A stretch of DNA of 64,000 nucleotides from Amoebidium appalachense (Eukaryota; Protista; Ichthyosporea). Below, in pieces: positions 12,369 through 39,347 of this stretch. How positions within the stretch are numbered: position 1 is the first letter of the stretch; every line of letters begins with the position of its first letter. The stretch covers positions 12,187,651 through 12,251,650 of the forward strand of contig CAVNZM010000003.1 of assembly GCA_963693365.1 (NCBI GenBank). Direction: 5' to 3'. A program made the translations under genes and the position numbers. Under the pieces are notes generated by a model that saw nothing but the letters and a program-made list of their open reading frames with translations, was not told the origin of the DNA and did not search any database.

Positions 12369-14004
12369 ATGGCAAGCGAGCAGTCCACCATCCCAACCCT
12401 AAGGGATGCAGGCACCAGTGATGGTCTCGAAAACAGGCCGAATGCCGATGTTTCAGCAAACATAGTCCGGCCGGTGGTTGAAGGTGGCGATTTAGGGCAG
12501 GGCAACATAGGCCCTACGGTTAACGGTGCAGGGCCAGAGACGCTTCATGTTAGCCCCAGCCAGAGCACGAGTGACACCAGCAAGGGGAGTGAATTAGAGA
12601 GTGTTTCCTCTGACAGCGCAGCACACAGCGGTTCAGGCAGCAAGCAGCCCCATCTCCAGCTGCCCCACGACTCCAGAGTGCGCCCCACAGAACATCGCCT
12701 GTCAAACGCACCAGTAAGATCCAGCCCGCTAGTGCCAAAATCCAACGTAGCAGTCTCCAATCGCAAGGCGAAACGAGAAACACCGCAATTCGGCCAGGAG
12801 AAGTTCCACGAGGGGGAGGATGACAGTCACACGTCGGATGAACAGCAGAGCCCACGGGGTTCAGCGGAGGGATTGAAGGATCAGACGGGGGAGGGGGAGG
12901 GGGAGGATGAGGAGCCGGCCACGTTTGAGGGGTTGGAGAGGCCGTCTCTGGTGTCCACCCCTGTGCTGGTTGCTAAGGGCAGTGAGAGCAATTTGAGGGT
13001 GAAGGCGGTCAACCCAAACACACACAGGAACACCCTTTCAGCATGGTACGTGCTACATAAGGGGCCTGTATCCCTCCCCACATCCCCCCCCTCCCCCCCC
13101 TTCCCCCCCCCCCCCCCCCCCCCCCCCCCCGCTCCCCCCTCCCCCTTCACCACCACCACCACCAGCACCCACCCCCAACCCCCCTCTCTCCTTTCCCTGC
13201 AACAACCTCGCTCCCTCCCTAGTCCCTGTTCCTCTTAGTCCTCATTTCTTGCGCCTTCTCTCTCCTTGCCGGTGTAGTCCCTTTGTTTCCTTACCATCGA
13301 TATCCCCCCTTCCCCCCCCCCTCCCCACCCATTATCGCTGCTGCATGACCTCCTGGTCCCCCCGTCCTGCCCTGTCCCTCAACCCGCTTTCCTTCCCCAC
13401 CTCTGTCTCTCCCCTCCACCCACTTTGTGTCTTTCGCCCGTGCTTCCCTCCCATACCCCTGCAAGTGTCGATGGTCGGCCGTGCCCCCTGCCCCCCCCCC
13501 CCTCCCCCCCCCCCCCCCCCCCCCCACTTCTCTCTGCTTTCCAGCATCATCCCTTCCCCTTAAACTACCGAGGCCTTCCGTACCCGGCCACTGCCCCTCG
13601 CTGAAAAAATTGTTTCACTCTTGGAGTTAAACCTTGTGTGTACCATCCCCCCTTCCCCCCCACAACACACACACACATACACACACACCCCACCCCCCCA
13701 CCCCATTTTGACTGCTTTACTGCCATATTCCCATCCTCTTGTGCATTTACCCCCCCACCGCCCCCGCCCCCGCCCCCGCCCTCCGCCTCGGGGATACAAG
13801 GAGTGCATAATAATTATTCCCACGTAACTTTGATCTTTGCGTGTTCCCCATAACATAAACCTCCTTGCTGTTACCCCTTTGCAGCCTAATCCCCGTCCTG
13901 CCCTTTCCATTCTTTTTGTGCAACACACTGCAAGCACTTAAAGCGCACGGAGACATTTCTCGTTGCATGCTTGGTGTCTTCCCTCATAACCCCTCCCCGA
14001 CACA

Positions 14005-14068
<64 letters not shown>

Positions 14069-14109
14069 ACACACGGAAACACACACGCACGCACGCACAC
14101 GCACGCACA

Positions 14110-14144
<35 letters not shown>

Positions 14145-15919
14145 CCCTTTCTCTACATAGACTCCTTGCCCTTTAGTTGGCTCCTGTTTACAGCCACACT
14201 GCATGTGGGGTTGGAAACCTCTCTATAGCCCTCTTTCTCCCTCTTTGTCTCTTCTCCCCCCCCCCCCCCCCCCCTCTTTCTCTCTCTCTCTCTCCCCTTC
14301 CCCCCCCCTCGCTCACACACACACAAAGATGGGCTCTACTTATAATGTATATTCTATGCATAGTATAATATGCAGCCTCGGCATTGCCTTCCAAAGATGT
14401 GTGCTTCTCTCTGCAACACTTTCTTACCACCCCCTCCCCCCCTCCCCCCCCCCCCCCCTCTTTCTCTCCCTCCCCCTCCCCCCCCCACACAGCATCAACT
14501 ACTACGAGTCCGACGTGTCCATGATCCCCCTAGAGGACACCCGCACAGACAACGATTTGGAAGGGGTCGAATTGGGTCCAGGGGGGTCCCGACCCGCATC
14601 CATGCGTGCCGCCTCATCTTCCGTCCCCCAGGTCATCCGTCCAAGCATAAGCTCGGATGTTTCCCGCCTGAACTTCCTTCGTGTGGAGGATGAACACAAC
14701 GCACGCACGGGCCCGGCCGCGGTTCAGGCGGCGGCAAATAGCAGCCATTGCAATTTGCTGATCACTGCAAATGATGATCATAGGAGCCACACGAGCCTCC
14801 CCTCTACCGATTTGGGCCTGGGCCTTGGTTTGGCCCACCACACACCTAGTCTTCCCTCACGCCTGGGGCCTACCGTGGGGGGTGGCGTCGCCGCGGAGGG
14901 TTTGTCGGCGCGGTGGAGCCATTGTAATTTGTATTTGGACGAGGGGGGTAGGGCATCCCCACGCCTAAGCACGCTCTCGGGGGATTTGGAGCCACCTAGT
15001 AGTATTGAGGGTCTGTCGGATGACGCGATTCTTTCTGCATTTTCATCTGAGAAACCCCCCCAGTCCCCAACCACCGCCGCCGCCGCCGCCGCCGCACAAG
15101 CACCGGATATTCGTGTCAACTCTCCCGAGAGTGGGTCTTTGGGTGTGTCAGCGGCGGGGGTAGAAACGAAATCCCCACCACCACCATCTGTCCCTGAGGG
15201 CCCACCAAGCCCATGGCCCGAGAGCGTTTCTCGTGTGTCTACAGGAAGGGGGGATGGGGAGGCACGGAGATATTTGGTGCTGTGCAGGGCGCAAGGGGCG
15301 GGTGAACCCGGCAAGTATCCCGGGAGGGGGGATAGGGGAGGGACGATTGTGCTCCCTGTATATGATGCGGAGGATACGTTGGATGGGGCACGGTTGGATT
15401 GCATATACGCAACGTCGGGGCATAACGACGTGTTGAGGAATGAGACCACCCGATTGGGCATAGATCAGCGGTCGTACTCGCTGGCCGATACAGGCACCCT
15501 CCCGCACATGGCCGTGGGGCAGGACCACTCTGTCGTTCTCCTTCGCCCGGCCACATGCCCATCCCCTTATTCCGACCAGGGGATAGAGCCCCAGCCGGCA
15601 CGCATGACGGCGCTATCACCCCTTGCACCACACAATATAGTGGAGGGGGCACAGATAGGAACAGATAAGAACACAAACAGCACGGTGCTTGTGGTGGGGG
15701 GTAGAGGCTTTGATATGGGCCGTCTGGTGCACGCAAAGAGGTGTAGCGCGCTGCTGACCCACACCAATTTGGGTCGGGTCATGGACCCGTGGGTCGACGG
15801 GGCGGGAGGGTTTTATGCGGTGATGGAGCCCATGGCAGGGGGACATTTGGGGACACTGAAGGCGGATATGAAGGGTCAGTGCCTGCCTGGGGATCTGGTG
15901 GCTAGGTGAGTATGTGTGT

Positions 15920-15971
<52 letters not shown>

Positions 15972-16514
15972 CGGACGTGGTGTTGGATGGCTCCGGGGGG
16001 GGGGGGGGGGGGGGGATGTGGGGGTGGGTGTGTGATATGGGTGTGATATGGGTGTGATATGGGTGTGATATGGGTGTGATATGGGTGTGATATGGGTGTG
16101 TTGGTGCTGATGTGGGTGAATATTTTGGAGGGGTTGAAAAGGGAAGGTGGCAGGGGAGAAGAGGGAGAATAGAGGGAGAAGGGGGGGGGGGGGGGGGGGG
16201 GGGGGGGATGCTGTATAGAGGCATGGGCACTATGCTGTGCAATTTTTAACTTTGGAGGGTTGGAAGTATGGGAAAAGCGCCATGTGTGTTTGTTGTGGAC
16301 TGCTCGGTGTGTTGTGTGTGCATAGCAACTAGAACACCACCACCATCCAACTTGCCCAGTGCACTCTGTGGCATACTTGATGTGCACAGTTTAAGCGGTT
16401 GTGTCCACCTAGTCGTTTCGTGTTCTCCTTCACAGGGTAGTTTGTGTATGTCTCGGCCCATGTGGGGTGGGTGGTGGTGGCGGTGTGTTTGTGCGGTGTC
16501 TCTCTCTCTCTCTC

Positions 16515-16587
<73 letters not shown>

Positions 16588-17091
16588 TGCGTGTGTGCAT
16601 CTCTACGTGTGTGTGCAGGGATGGAGACATGGGCAAAGAAGTGGTGGCCATAGCAACACACCCCTTTTGTGCGCGCTTACACGTGTGCACGTGTACAGGC
16701 TCAGTCAGCAGCTACTTGGTGCCGTGGACTACCTGCATGGCCTGGCCATGGCCCATGCAAACATCCGCCCGGAGAACTGCTGGCTGGATGCAAATCATAA
16801 GACCCTCAAGCTGGCAGGTACGTGTGTGTGTGTGGGTGTGTGTGGCATGTGTGCGGGTATGTTGGTGGGCTTGCACGTGTGTTTGTGTGTGTGGGCACGT
16901 GCACAGGCGGTGTTTTGCCTGGGTGTTGTGTGATTACCAGGCGATGGGTATAGCTGGGTGGTCTATTGCCGCGAGGTGTGACCGTGTGCATACATTTTTT
17001 GGCGCGCCCGGCTTGTTTTAGTGTAGTTTTTTTTTAATTATTTTTTATGATTTTGGCGCGCGGGGGCGTCCGGTGGGGTGGGTGGGTGGGT

Positions 17092-17154
<63 letters not shown>

Positions 17155-17728
17155 CGTGAGGGTTCTATGGTGGTGTCGAGGAGGAGGAGGATGAACCCTG
17201 TGCCACGAGCGCCGGAGAGAAGATACTAACGAATAGCAAGTGCCTGCAGGGTTTGAATACACGCTACTGCTACCCCTGTACCCGTCCACACACACGGGCC
17301 CCGGGGCCATGCCGGTTCTCCCCAGGCCGACCCGATACACTGCACCGGAACTGCACGACCCGACCCGTCAACTCACCACCATTAGTGAAAAACGGGGCAC
17401 TTTCTTTAAGTTGTGCGACAGTTATTCCGTGGGGGTCACTTTGTTGGAACTGGCTGCAGAGAGGCCCCCAGATGGGGTGGGGGTAGAGGAGGGGGTGGAG
17501 AGGTGGGTGCAGGCACATCAGGGGGGGAAAGAGAATGGGGCTGGGGAGGGGGTGTGGCCGCAGTTGGGTGAGATGCATCCCGATATGGTTATAATGGTGG
17601 GTGGGTTGGTGGCAAGGGATGTGGGGCAGAGGTGGGCGGTGAGGAGGGCGGTGGGGGTTATGAAGAAGGTGGTGCCTGTGCAGAGGGTAAGGCCCGTGTA
17701 TGCACATGCTACTGTGTTACTGGGGTAG
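12369..17728 (+). CDS. Protein-kinase-fold protein, probable pseudokinase, with long disordered N-terminus; exons 12369-13045, 14493-15905, 16699-16817, 17250-17728
   Basis: GT-AG introns in matching phase; kinase subdomains [53 protein letters not shown]. Confidence 0.8.
16030..16100. repeat. 11-bp tandem repeat (GTGTGATATGG) x~6
   Basis: Seen directly, intronic. Confidence 0.85.
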
Positions 17729-18696
17729 ATATAGGGGATGAATATGCACGGATAGGTACATGCATATAGGGGTGCACATCATGATATCATGAGGCATTTC
17801 ACTCGCATGATATATATTCATGGTGGGAGTTGTGATGTACGAATATGTATGTAGTCAATATTGCAAATAGAGTAGATATTACGTACTGTGGACAATTGTT
17901 GATCCGGTTGTCTGTTTTTGTCCATGAACTCTTTGCTCGTTTTTAGTATTTTATTTTTATAATTACTTTACTGTTCCTATTGGCCACACTGTGGCGTTTA
18001 GGCTTTAAAAAGCAGGGCCTGCCTGGCCTTGCAATCATTCGAAATGAACCGACACATTCGTAAGAGCATGAGGCTACCCCATGCACAGCACATCAATTAT
18101 AAACATGGCCTGGCCATGTCGAAAGCAAAATGCAAAAATCAGATGCAGATTTCAGAAGCAAACGTGAAGTGCATATAACATGTGCTGTATCTAGTGTATG
18201 TGTGGGCCGGCAAGTATGCTGGCCAGGGGGTGCAGCGTGGGTGTGCATGCGTGCCGATCTGCATAGGCTGTGTGTGTGCAATGATGTGTGTGTGTGTGTA
18301 CACTATGTATATGTGCACAGTCATATGCACATCATCTGCTGCCCGTGTTTGTGCAAGGTGTCTTGCAATGTGTGCACATGAACACATGTGTACTCTTGTG
18401 TGTGCTGCTTGTGCATGGCCTACATGTGAACGTATATATGCTCATATATGTGCTATATTTCGGCTTTCCGGCCAGGATTTCTTTTTAAAAAACAATCTTG
18501 TGATTTGTGGTGTATGCAATTGGGCATTGGCATGCACATGGCTGTGAGTGTGCATTCTGTCTGTATGTGCGCATAGGTATACGTATACCCAAATGCCTCG
18601 TGTGCACGCCACACGTCTCGTTTGCGTGCACGTGCTCACACCGCATACGTATACCCGCGCACCACATGCGTATGTGCACATGCATGCCCCCACCAC

Positions 18697-32686
<13,990 letters not shown>

Positions 32687-32972
32687 GCTGGCGTTATGCT
32701 TCGGACTGTAGTGATGCAGATAGATCTAGGGTGTGGAAGCCATGTTCGGTTTATGGTATATTGATTGACTACCATAGGTAAACCCCTTGCAGCGCGCACC
32801 GTTAGCCACCGTTAGCTTATGTTGCGCTCTGACGCCTCTACAGAGCCTTCGCCCTCCAGCCCTTCTTGCTCAGCTAGGCGAAATAGTATGACTAATTGTG
32901 TGTGTCTGGTCAGATCTCCATTAGGCTGTGCGGACTCTACCACCTACTGAGGCGGTGTCTCCTTTTTCCTTT

Positions 32973-33006
<34 letters not shown>

Positions 33007-33243
33007 AAAAAGGGACACAGTAGATGTATAAGGTCGCACGTGCGGCAACACGTCAGTATGTGTTAGGTGCGGACTTGATACCAAGTTGGTACGAGCAAAG
33101 CTAAATGAAGGATGACCAGAAACAACTTCAGAAGAGTCTGAGAAAACCGCCGTCTAGGCAAACAACAGCGTCTCACAGTTGGTTGCCAGTCTGGGGAATA
33201 AAAGGGAGAGGTTGCTCTTGCGTTTCTGCCTACGGATCTCCTT

Positions 33244-33289
33244 GGGTGACCCCCGTCGAGTGTGAGGGGTGACCCCCGTCGAGTGTGAG
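33244..33289. repeat. 23-bp tandem duplication (GGGTGACCCCCGTCGAGTGTGAG x2)
   Basis: Seen directly. Confidence 0.85.
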
Positions 33290-34408
33290 ATCTCGGCCCA
33301 CGCGCGCGGAGGTTTTCGTGGAGGCTTTCAGTCGCAATATTGTGTATACGTATCAAAACTGCGTGCATGCCCTCTTTCCCCCCTCGCCCCTCCTCCCTCC
33401 CTCCCCCCTACAGATGTGCCCCTTCCCTCCCCTCCCCTCCCCCTCCCCCCACCTTCTCCTCCTCCTCCTCCACACACACTGACGCTAACACACAAACAAC
33501 AATATGTTCACCTTCGACCCCTGCTCCCGTCCCCACCACCACCCCCACCACCACCACCACCACCAACCCCACCAGCACCACCAACACCACCACCCACCCG
33601 GCACACGCCCACCCACCCACCCACCCAAAGAGACACACAAACGCACTCTGCCTCCAGATTCATTCTTCTCACCACCCACATGGACGCACCAACTGTCCAC
33701 CTACCTCCTGTTTCGAAACCTTTCCCACAGCCATGACATACACACAACACCATGGTTCAGATCTCTTTACGTTTCTAATTTTCCCTCGGGCTTTCACTTT
33801 GGCTGAGTCTGCAGCTTTCGTACCCCTTTCCCTACCGGTATACCCTTCCCCTTTCCTCCCCAGAGGCTATGTGGCCCCAAACCTCCCTCCACAGTGTTTG
33901 TCAGATGATATGCGGTCCGAGCGAACTCGACCATGGGTGGGGTTCCGGATGGACCTCCACACACACGTCACATCGGCCCGTATTGGATGTACGGAGCAAA
34001 AATCTTGGGACACAACCTTAAGCGAAAAAACCTTTTGGTCGCTATTCACACTCGCTTCTCTATGCACCGCTGTGCTGAGCCAGGAAAAGAACTGTGACGA
34101 CTCTTTGACAGTGGTGGTGAACATTGTTAACAGGGCTCTCTCACAGCTTTATTGCACAGCTTGACGTTACACAAATATCTTCTTTCTACAGCCTGTCTAT
34201 TCACAGTGGGCACGCACACACACCCTAGGCCTGGACATCACGGACGGCAGCCAAGGGCTAACTTGGAAGAAATCGGACCTATTCACACTTGCACAACATG
34301 GGGAGAAAAACTACGATCTACGTGTACTCCTGCTCAAACAGGTGCACTAAAACACAGTGCCGCGCGTTTTGTATCTTCTGGGAAGGAAAAAACATGTTCC
34401 AGTAATGG

Positions 34409-34606
34409 CTAAAAGGCGCGAGTGACAGCCAGGTCAGCCACGACGAAGGCCAGGACGGTCAGCACGGACAGCAGGCGAAGCTGGCCCAGGCTGTTTGTCT
34501 CCTTGCTGGACTCCCAGTTGGCCACGTACGTGTCTGTCTCCGCCTCCAGCGACGACAGTGAGAGGGTCGACGAAAAGGACCGCTTGATCTCCTTGGGAAG
34601 CACCAT
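34409..34606 (-). CDS. Putative 65-aa tail-anchored small protein (MVLPKEIKRS...VLTVLAFVVADLAVTRAF)
   Basis: ATG in CACCATGG context, GC-rich third positions like the other host exons, hydrophobic C-terminus; no family recognised. Confidence 0.4.
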   Translation of the reverse strand: MVLPKEIKRSFSSTLSLSSLEAETDTYVANWESSKETNSLGQLRLLSVLTVLAFVVADLAVTRAF

Positions 34607-35024
34607 GGTGGCGTTGGACTGGCAGCGTGGTTGAGGGGGTAGGCTGGTGGGAAAGATCGCTGGTGCAACTTTGTGATGATCCCTCACTGGTGACCAGTGT
34701 GCTGAGATGCTCTGCTCGAAGGTTTAGAGCGCTTACGGGAGTATAGTATTGCGCCTTCCGTTTTTGTTTGGTTTGAGTGGGTGTCTGTTATCAAATAATA
34801 GTTTGCCAAGTTGTGTGATTAGTTCTGCAAAGTTTTGTTGGGGGTCATCACACCTTCACGAAGACACAGAAACATGAACATGTCCGGTGTGCTGGGTGTG
34901 CGGGAAACGGGGCTTTTGAAGCCCGCCACCCCTGACCTCCTAAACCTCTAACCAATCAAAATGCGTTCCCGGTGCGACTGTATGAGTGAGATTGTCCCAC
35001 AATCACACGCATATGAATGAATTT

Positions 35025-35219
35025 GGGGTTTACGCTGTTTACTCGAGGCAAAGAGAACCAGTCTCAGGTATGGGGGGGGGGGTTTTGCTCGGAATATCCC
35101 CTCAGCGGTATATCATGATCACGTACATAGATGTCGGGTGGTGACTATATATCAGGGTTTACTTTCTCTACGAGACACCATAAAGACTACAAGGAGAAAT
35201 CAATTAGTTGGGGTTCCCC

Positions 35220-35262
<43 letters not shown>

Positions 35263-35294
35263 GGGCTCCCCTCGGGACACTCGGTATCAGCTGG

Positions 35295-35351
<57 letters not shown>

Positions 35352-37930
35352 TGTGTGTGTTTGTGTGTGTGTGTGCGCGTGCGCTATAATTTTGTAGTGA
35401 TGTGTTTCTCAAGCCAATCAATACATCTAATAAACAGGTCGTAGTTACGCGTGTTTAGTATAAAATCAAGGATGTTGTAATTTACAGGTAGGCTATCTTT
35501 CTGGGTGTCTGTTGTGAATGTGACGTGTGTGTGTTGCGGTATTATGTGGTCTATCAAACTACATTTGGCGATACATGACCGGTTAAACTGGTGTGTGTGT
35601 GTGTTGTTTGGGCATGCAAATGATGCCACCTTATACTTATTAGATCTCCACTGTATAGCACGTGTACAGTAAAAGCGTGGTAATTGATCAATAATACCAT
35701 CAGCTAGAGAAAGACCAGTTCTACAGGAAGGTAATATGTATTTAGGTGTTATACACTTGCGAGTGCCATATTTGGCAATATGGTTGAGGCGGTCAGTATA
35801 TATAAAACGAGACATAAGGCTTAGTTTTTCAAGGTGTATGCTTTCATCGGGTCTAGTGTCGTGTGGTATCTTTTTCCATTTGTTATATTGCGTGATTATC
35901 TTGTGATTGTGTACATGTTTAACAAGTAAGTGGCAGTCCAAAGTCACACACACACACTATTGCGGGGTTTATTTGTATTTGTGCCCAGGGGAGAAGGGGA
36001 GAGAGAGGGGAGGAAAGAGGGGAGAGGTGAGGAGGGGACAGGTCGGATAGAGAAGAGAGGGTGGGAGGGCAAATACTTCTTTAAGCGGCTTATGTGCTTA
36101 TTGAATTTCAGCGCGAGATAGGATACTCTAGCAGCTATTGGGACCAGACCATATATCGAGAGCGTTACAGGCCCAGGTTTACAACAGTTGTTAGATAGAA
36201 AGGAGGCAACTTCTGCTTCAAGGAAATTTGCCAGGGGTTTAAGCGCTCTAGTTCTCTCTTTCTTGATCCAAGCGGCGATAAGGGGTAAACCATATTCACA
36301 TGCCGGGAAGACAAAAGTGCGAATAAATGTAAGTCTAATAGAAGGATGGAGGGGTGTGTCTTTAAAAATATTAGCCGAGAAGAAAGCTAACCGCTTACGA
36401 GCCAACTCTACCCTCTTTTCGACCATATGGGGAAACATAACACCAACAGAATCAACCGGAACACCAAGATATTTGTATTCTGGAACTATAGGTACAGGTT
36501 TAGATGATAATGTAAATGTGTGTAAATTGTTAGCTATATCAGGTACAAGAACACCACATTTGTCTATGTTAAGGATCATAAGGTTTGCCTTGCACCACTC
36601 TGACACTACATCGAACAATCTTTGCAGGCGTCTAGGGGTACGGGCAAGGAGGGACAGATCATCAGCATAGAGAAGTGCAGGCGGAAAGTTATTAATAGGG
36701 TCATCGTTTTCGGCGTAAATCTTGACAGCCAAATCATCTATAAATAGGTTAAACAAAAAGGGGCTAAGCAATGAACCCTGCAAGAGACCTCTAGTACGAG
36801 CAAAACCATATGAAAGATGCCCATTAACCACAGCTCTACCATAGGTTTGAGACAAGAGTGCTTCTAACAGAACACCAATGCAGTGTGGTACACCCCGTGC
36901 AGCAAGCTTTTCCCATAGGAGACCAGGGGAGACAGAATCGTAAGCAGTTTTCCAATCAATAAAGCCAACATATTGTGCACCAACTTGCATAGAATCGTGC
37001 AGTGCCATTATTTGAACATAACATGAATTGTTTTTACGAAAAGCGGATTGGCATGGGTGTATGTGAAGAATAGATTGAAACCTAGGGTGATGTGCAAATA
37101 ACCTAAGTAAGCAAGCTTCAAAGAATCTACGAACAACCTGGGTTAGTGTAATGGGGCGAAAGGATGATATGGGGCCCTCAGAGTCCTTCTTAACTATGGG
37201 GATCACTAAGGTATCTAACCAAGATGACGGGACATGTCCACATTTAACACACCAAGAAAAGAGAGAGCTTAACATGATAGTAAGATCAGGTTTAATAGCA
37301 CGATCACTTTCCTTTTGTGGGTAGGAGGGAACAAGGATTTTAAGAAACCCAGCAGGGAGTCCATCAGGTCCACAAGACTTACTAGAGCTATAACTAGATA
37401 TCACAGACCATATGGCATCGGGACTGAAAAAGGGGAGGATCGATTCTATGGGGATAGATGGGTCTACAGGCCACACAATAGGTTTCTGAGCGGGGGTCCT
37501 ATCTTTAAACAGTTCCGAGAAATACTTATCAGAGTCTATGAGGGGGTCTCCAGTGGTATCACCAATAATACGAGCAGGGGGGCCAAATCGATTCATACTA
37601 GCAAGCCGGCGCAAGCTTTCCTTTTGAGACAGGGGTTCACCTAGTCTAGCGGGAGTGGTGTTTGGTAACAAGAGAGCATCGGGATATTCCTTCCTACCAC
37701 CGCCAGCATAATCACCGAGATCTATCAAATCATGATCAACAATAAAGTTAGTGCATGTATCTAGTACGAGATGTGAATCTGGCCTGGCTTGTGCAGATTC
37801 TAATAGGCGCATATATATAGGGTGTTTCGTAGCATAGCATACACATACATCGACTCTACCCCACTGTGACTTAAGCTGGGATAGACGGAGGCGAAAGGTG
37901 GGAGGAGGAGGGGGGAGCAGATCAAGGGAG
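35025..37930 (-). mobile_element. Non-LTR retrotransposon copy 2 (5'-truncated), nested in the 5' LTR
   Basis: RT ORF plus the 3' UTR shared by three copies; LTR sequence resumes on both sides; ATATGAAT at both junctions. Confidence 0.92.
35384..37930 (-). pseudogene. Non-LTR RT ORF (RT + Cys-rich C-terminus), frame open up to the truncation point, +2 frameshift at ~35950
   Basis: KSCGPDG, IPIVKK, FRPITL, QSAFR, FIDWKTAYDSV, GLLQGSLLSPFLFNLFIDDL, LYADD, YKYLGV; one extra CA unit relative to the in-frame copy at ~46190. Confidence 0.9.
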
Positions 37931-38025
37931 ATATGAATTGAGTCATAGGCAGAGACCAGATCCGCCGAGACCCTGCCCGAGCCTCATGGCTCCCCCTATA
38001 CTATGCCGCTGATTACGCTCACACA

Positions 38026-38035
38026 TGGTAGCAGA
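38026..38035 (+). promoter_or_regulatory. Primer-binding site TGGTAGCAGA (initiator tRNA-Met)
   Basis: Directly after the LTR-terminal CA; complementary to the ..UCUGCUACCA end of tRNAiMet. Confidence 0.85.
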
Positions 38036-38869
38036 AAAGGTTCTTTCCTTAGCGCCCTGAGAGCCCCTACCGTCACGTTTTCCACTTGTGCCTCTGCCCT
38101 GCCAAAAAACTCTTTATTTTTTATTTTTTTTACTTTTTTCTTCCTTAGCAACCTACCTACAGACCTTTAGGTTACTTCTTGTGTGTTTGCTTATGTCTCA
38201 CCGCTGTTTTTTCCTGCCAAGTTGCCTTGCTGAAGAAGCCTTGACTGTTCTTTCGTTTTTGGCTGTTTTTACGTTTTTTCGTTTTTTTCACCCCATCCGA
38301 AGCATCTTCCTTTTCCATTGGCTCATTTCCGAAGCCACCTGCCAACGCCCTTTACTTTCGTTTGCGGTATAGTTTCCTGGCCCCCTGTTGCTACTTTCCT
38401 GCTTGACTTTGTACAAACATCCTTGCCTTTACGTTTTTGGCCTGTTTTACGTTTTCCACTTTTGCCTTCACATCCTTAGCATCTTGCCTTCCCATTGGCT
38501 GCCCTGTTGCCCTAACTTCACACTAGCTTTACCTGTATACCGCTGTATGCTGTTTTTGCAAAAAAACACACAACCCAATGCACACGAAATTCTGCTGTCA
38601 AACAGACCATGATACAATTGCTATACCAACTGCTGTCTACTTTTTGCCTACACAACGAAGCATTGCCTCGCTGAAGGTCATACACACAGCACAGCCACAA
38701 TAAATATTATGCTTGCAAGCGGCAAGTTGCTTTAGTTTTCCGCCGCCGATGCTAAAATTAGTCCGACCGTACGTTTTGTTTTGCCAAAACATAGTCTGCT
38801 AGCACCTTTATACCACCCATACTTGCACTTGGCCGCTGTCGCCACCCTTTACACACTTGCTTGCTGATA

Positions 38870-39100
38870 TATGGCCGCTGTCGCCATTAACACACACTGC
38901 TGTGTTGCCGTTGCTGATGCTTGGCCGCTGCTGCCACACATACACTTGCCTTTGCTGCTCTTGGCCGCCGTTGCCACACGCTTGCGCTCACACTAGGCCA
39001 CCGTTGCCACACGCTTGCGATCACACTAGGCCACTGTTGCCACACTCCTGCTTTCACGCTTGACACACTCTAGCCTTTGACCGCTGTGTCACACAAAGCC
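38870..39100. repeat. Degenerate ~30-bp repeats (TGGCCGCTGTTGCCACAC-like) in the Gypsy 5' leader
   Basis: Six to seven imperfect units visible. Confidence 0.6.
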
Positions 39101-39347
39101 TTTGTTTTGCACTTGCCCGGTTTTGCTCTCATTCCCTTTTGGCCACCGATGCCCCCCCACGTGCAAGCTGCCGTTACCCTAACCCGATAGACTTTGAAGA
39201 AAAAAAAAAGAAAAAAAAAAATCTGGTTTATGCATTCGAGCTGCTAGCAATCGAAACGACTCACTGCCCCACGACTCACTGCCTCACTACGTACCAAAAA
39301 TCACTTTGACTTACACTGCAATACCACACCCACAGACCCACACTACC

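Noticed and set aside
33740-34160. Complex sequence with 85-274 aa ORFs
   Set aside because: No motif, repeat partner or splice support within the window
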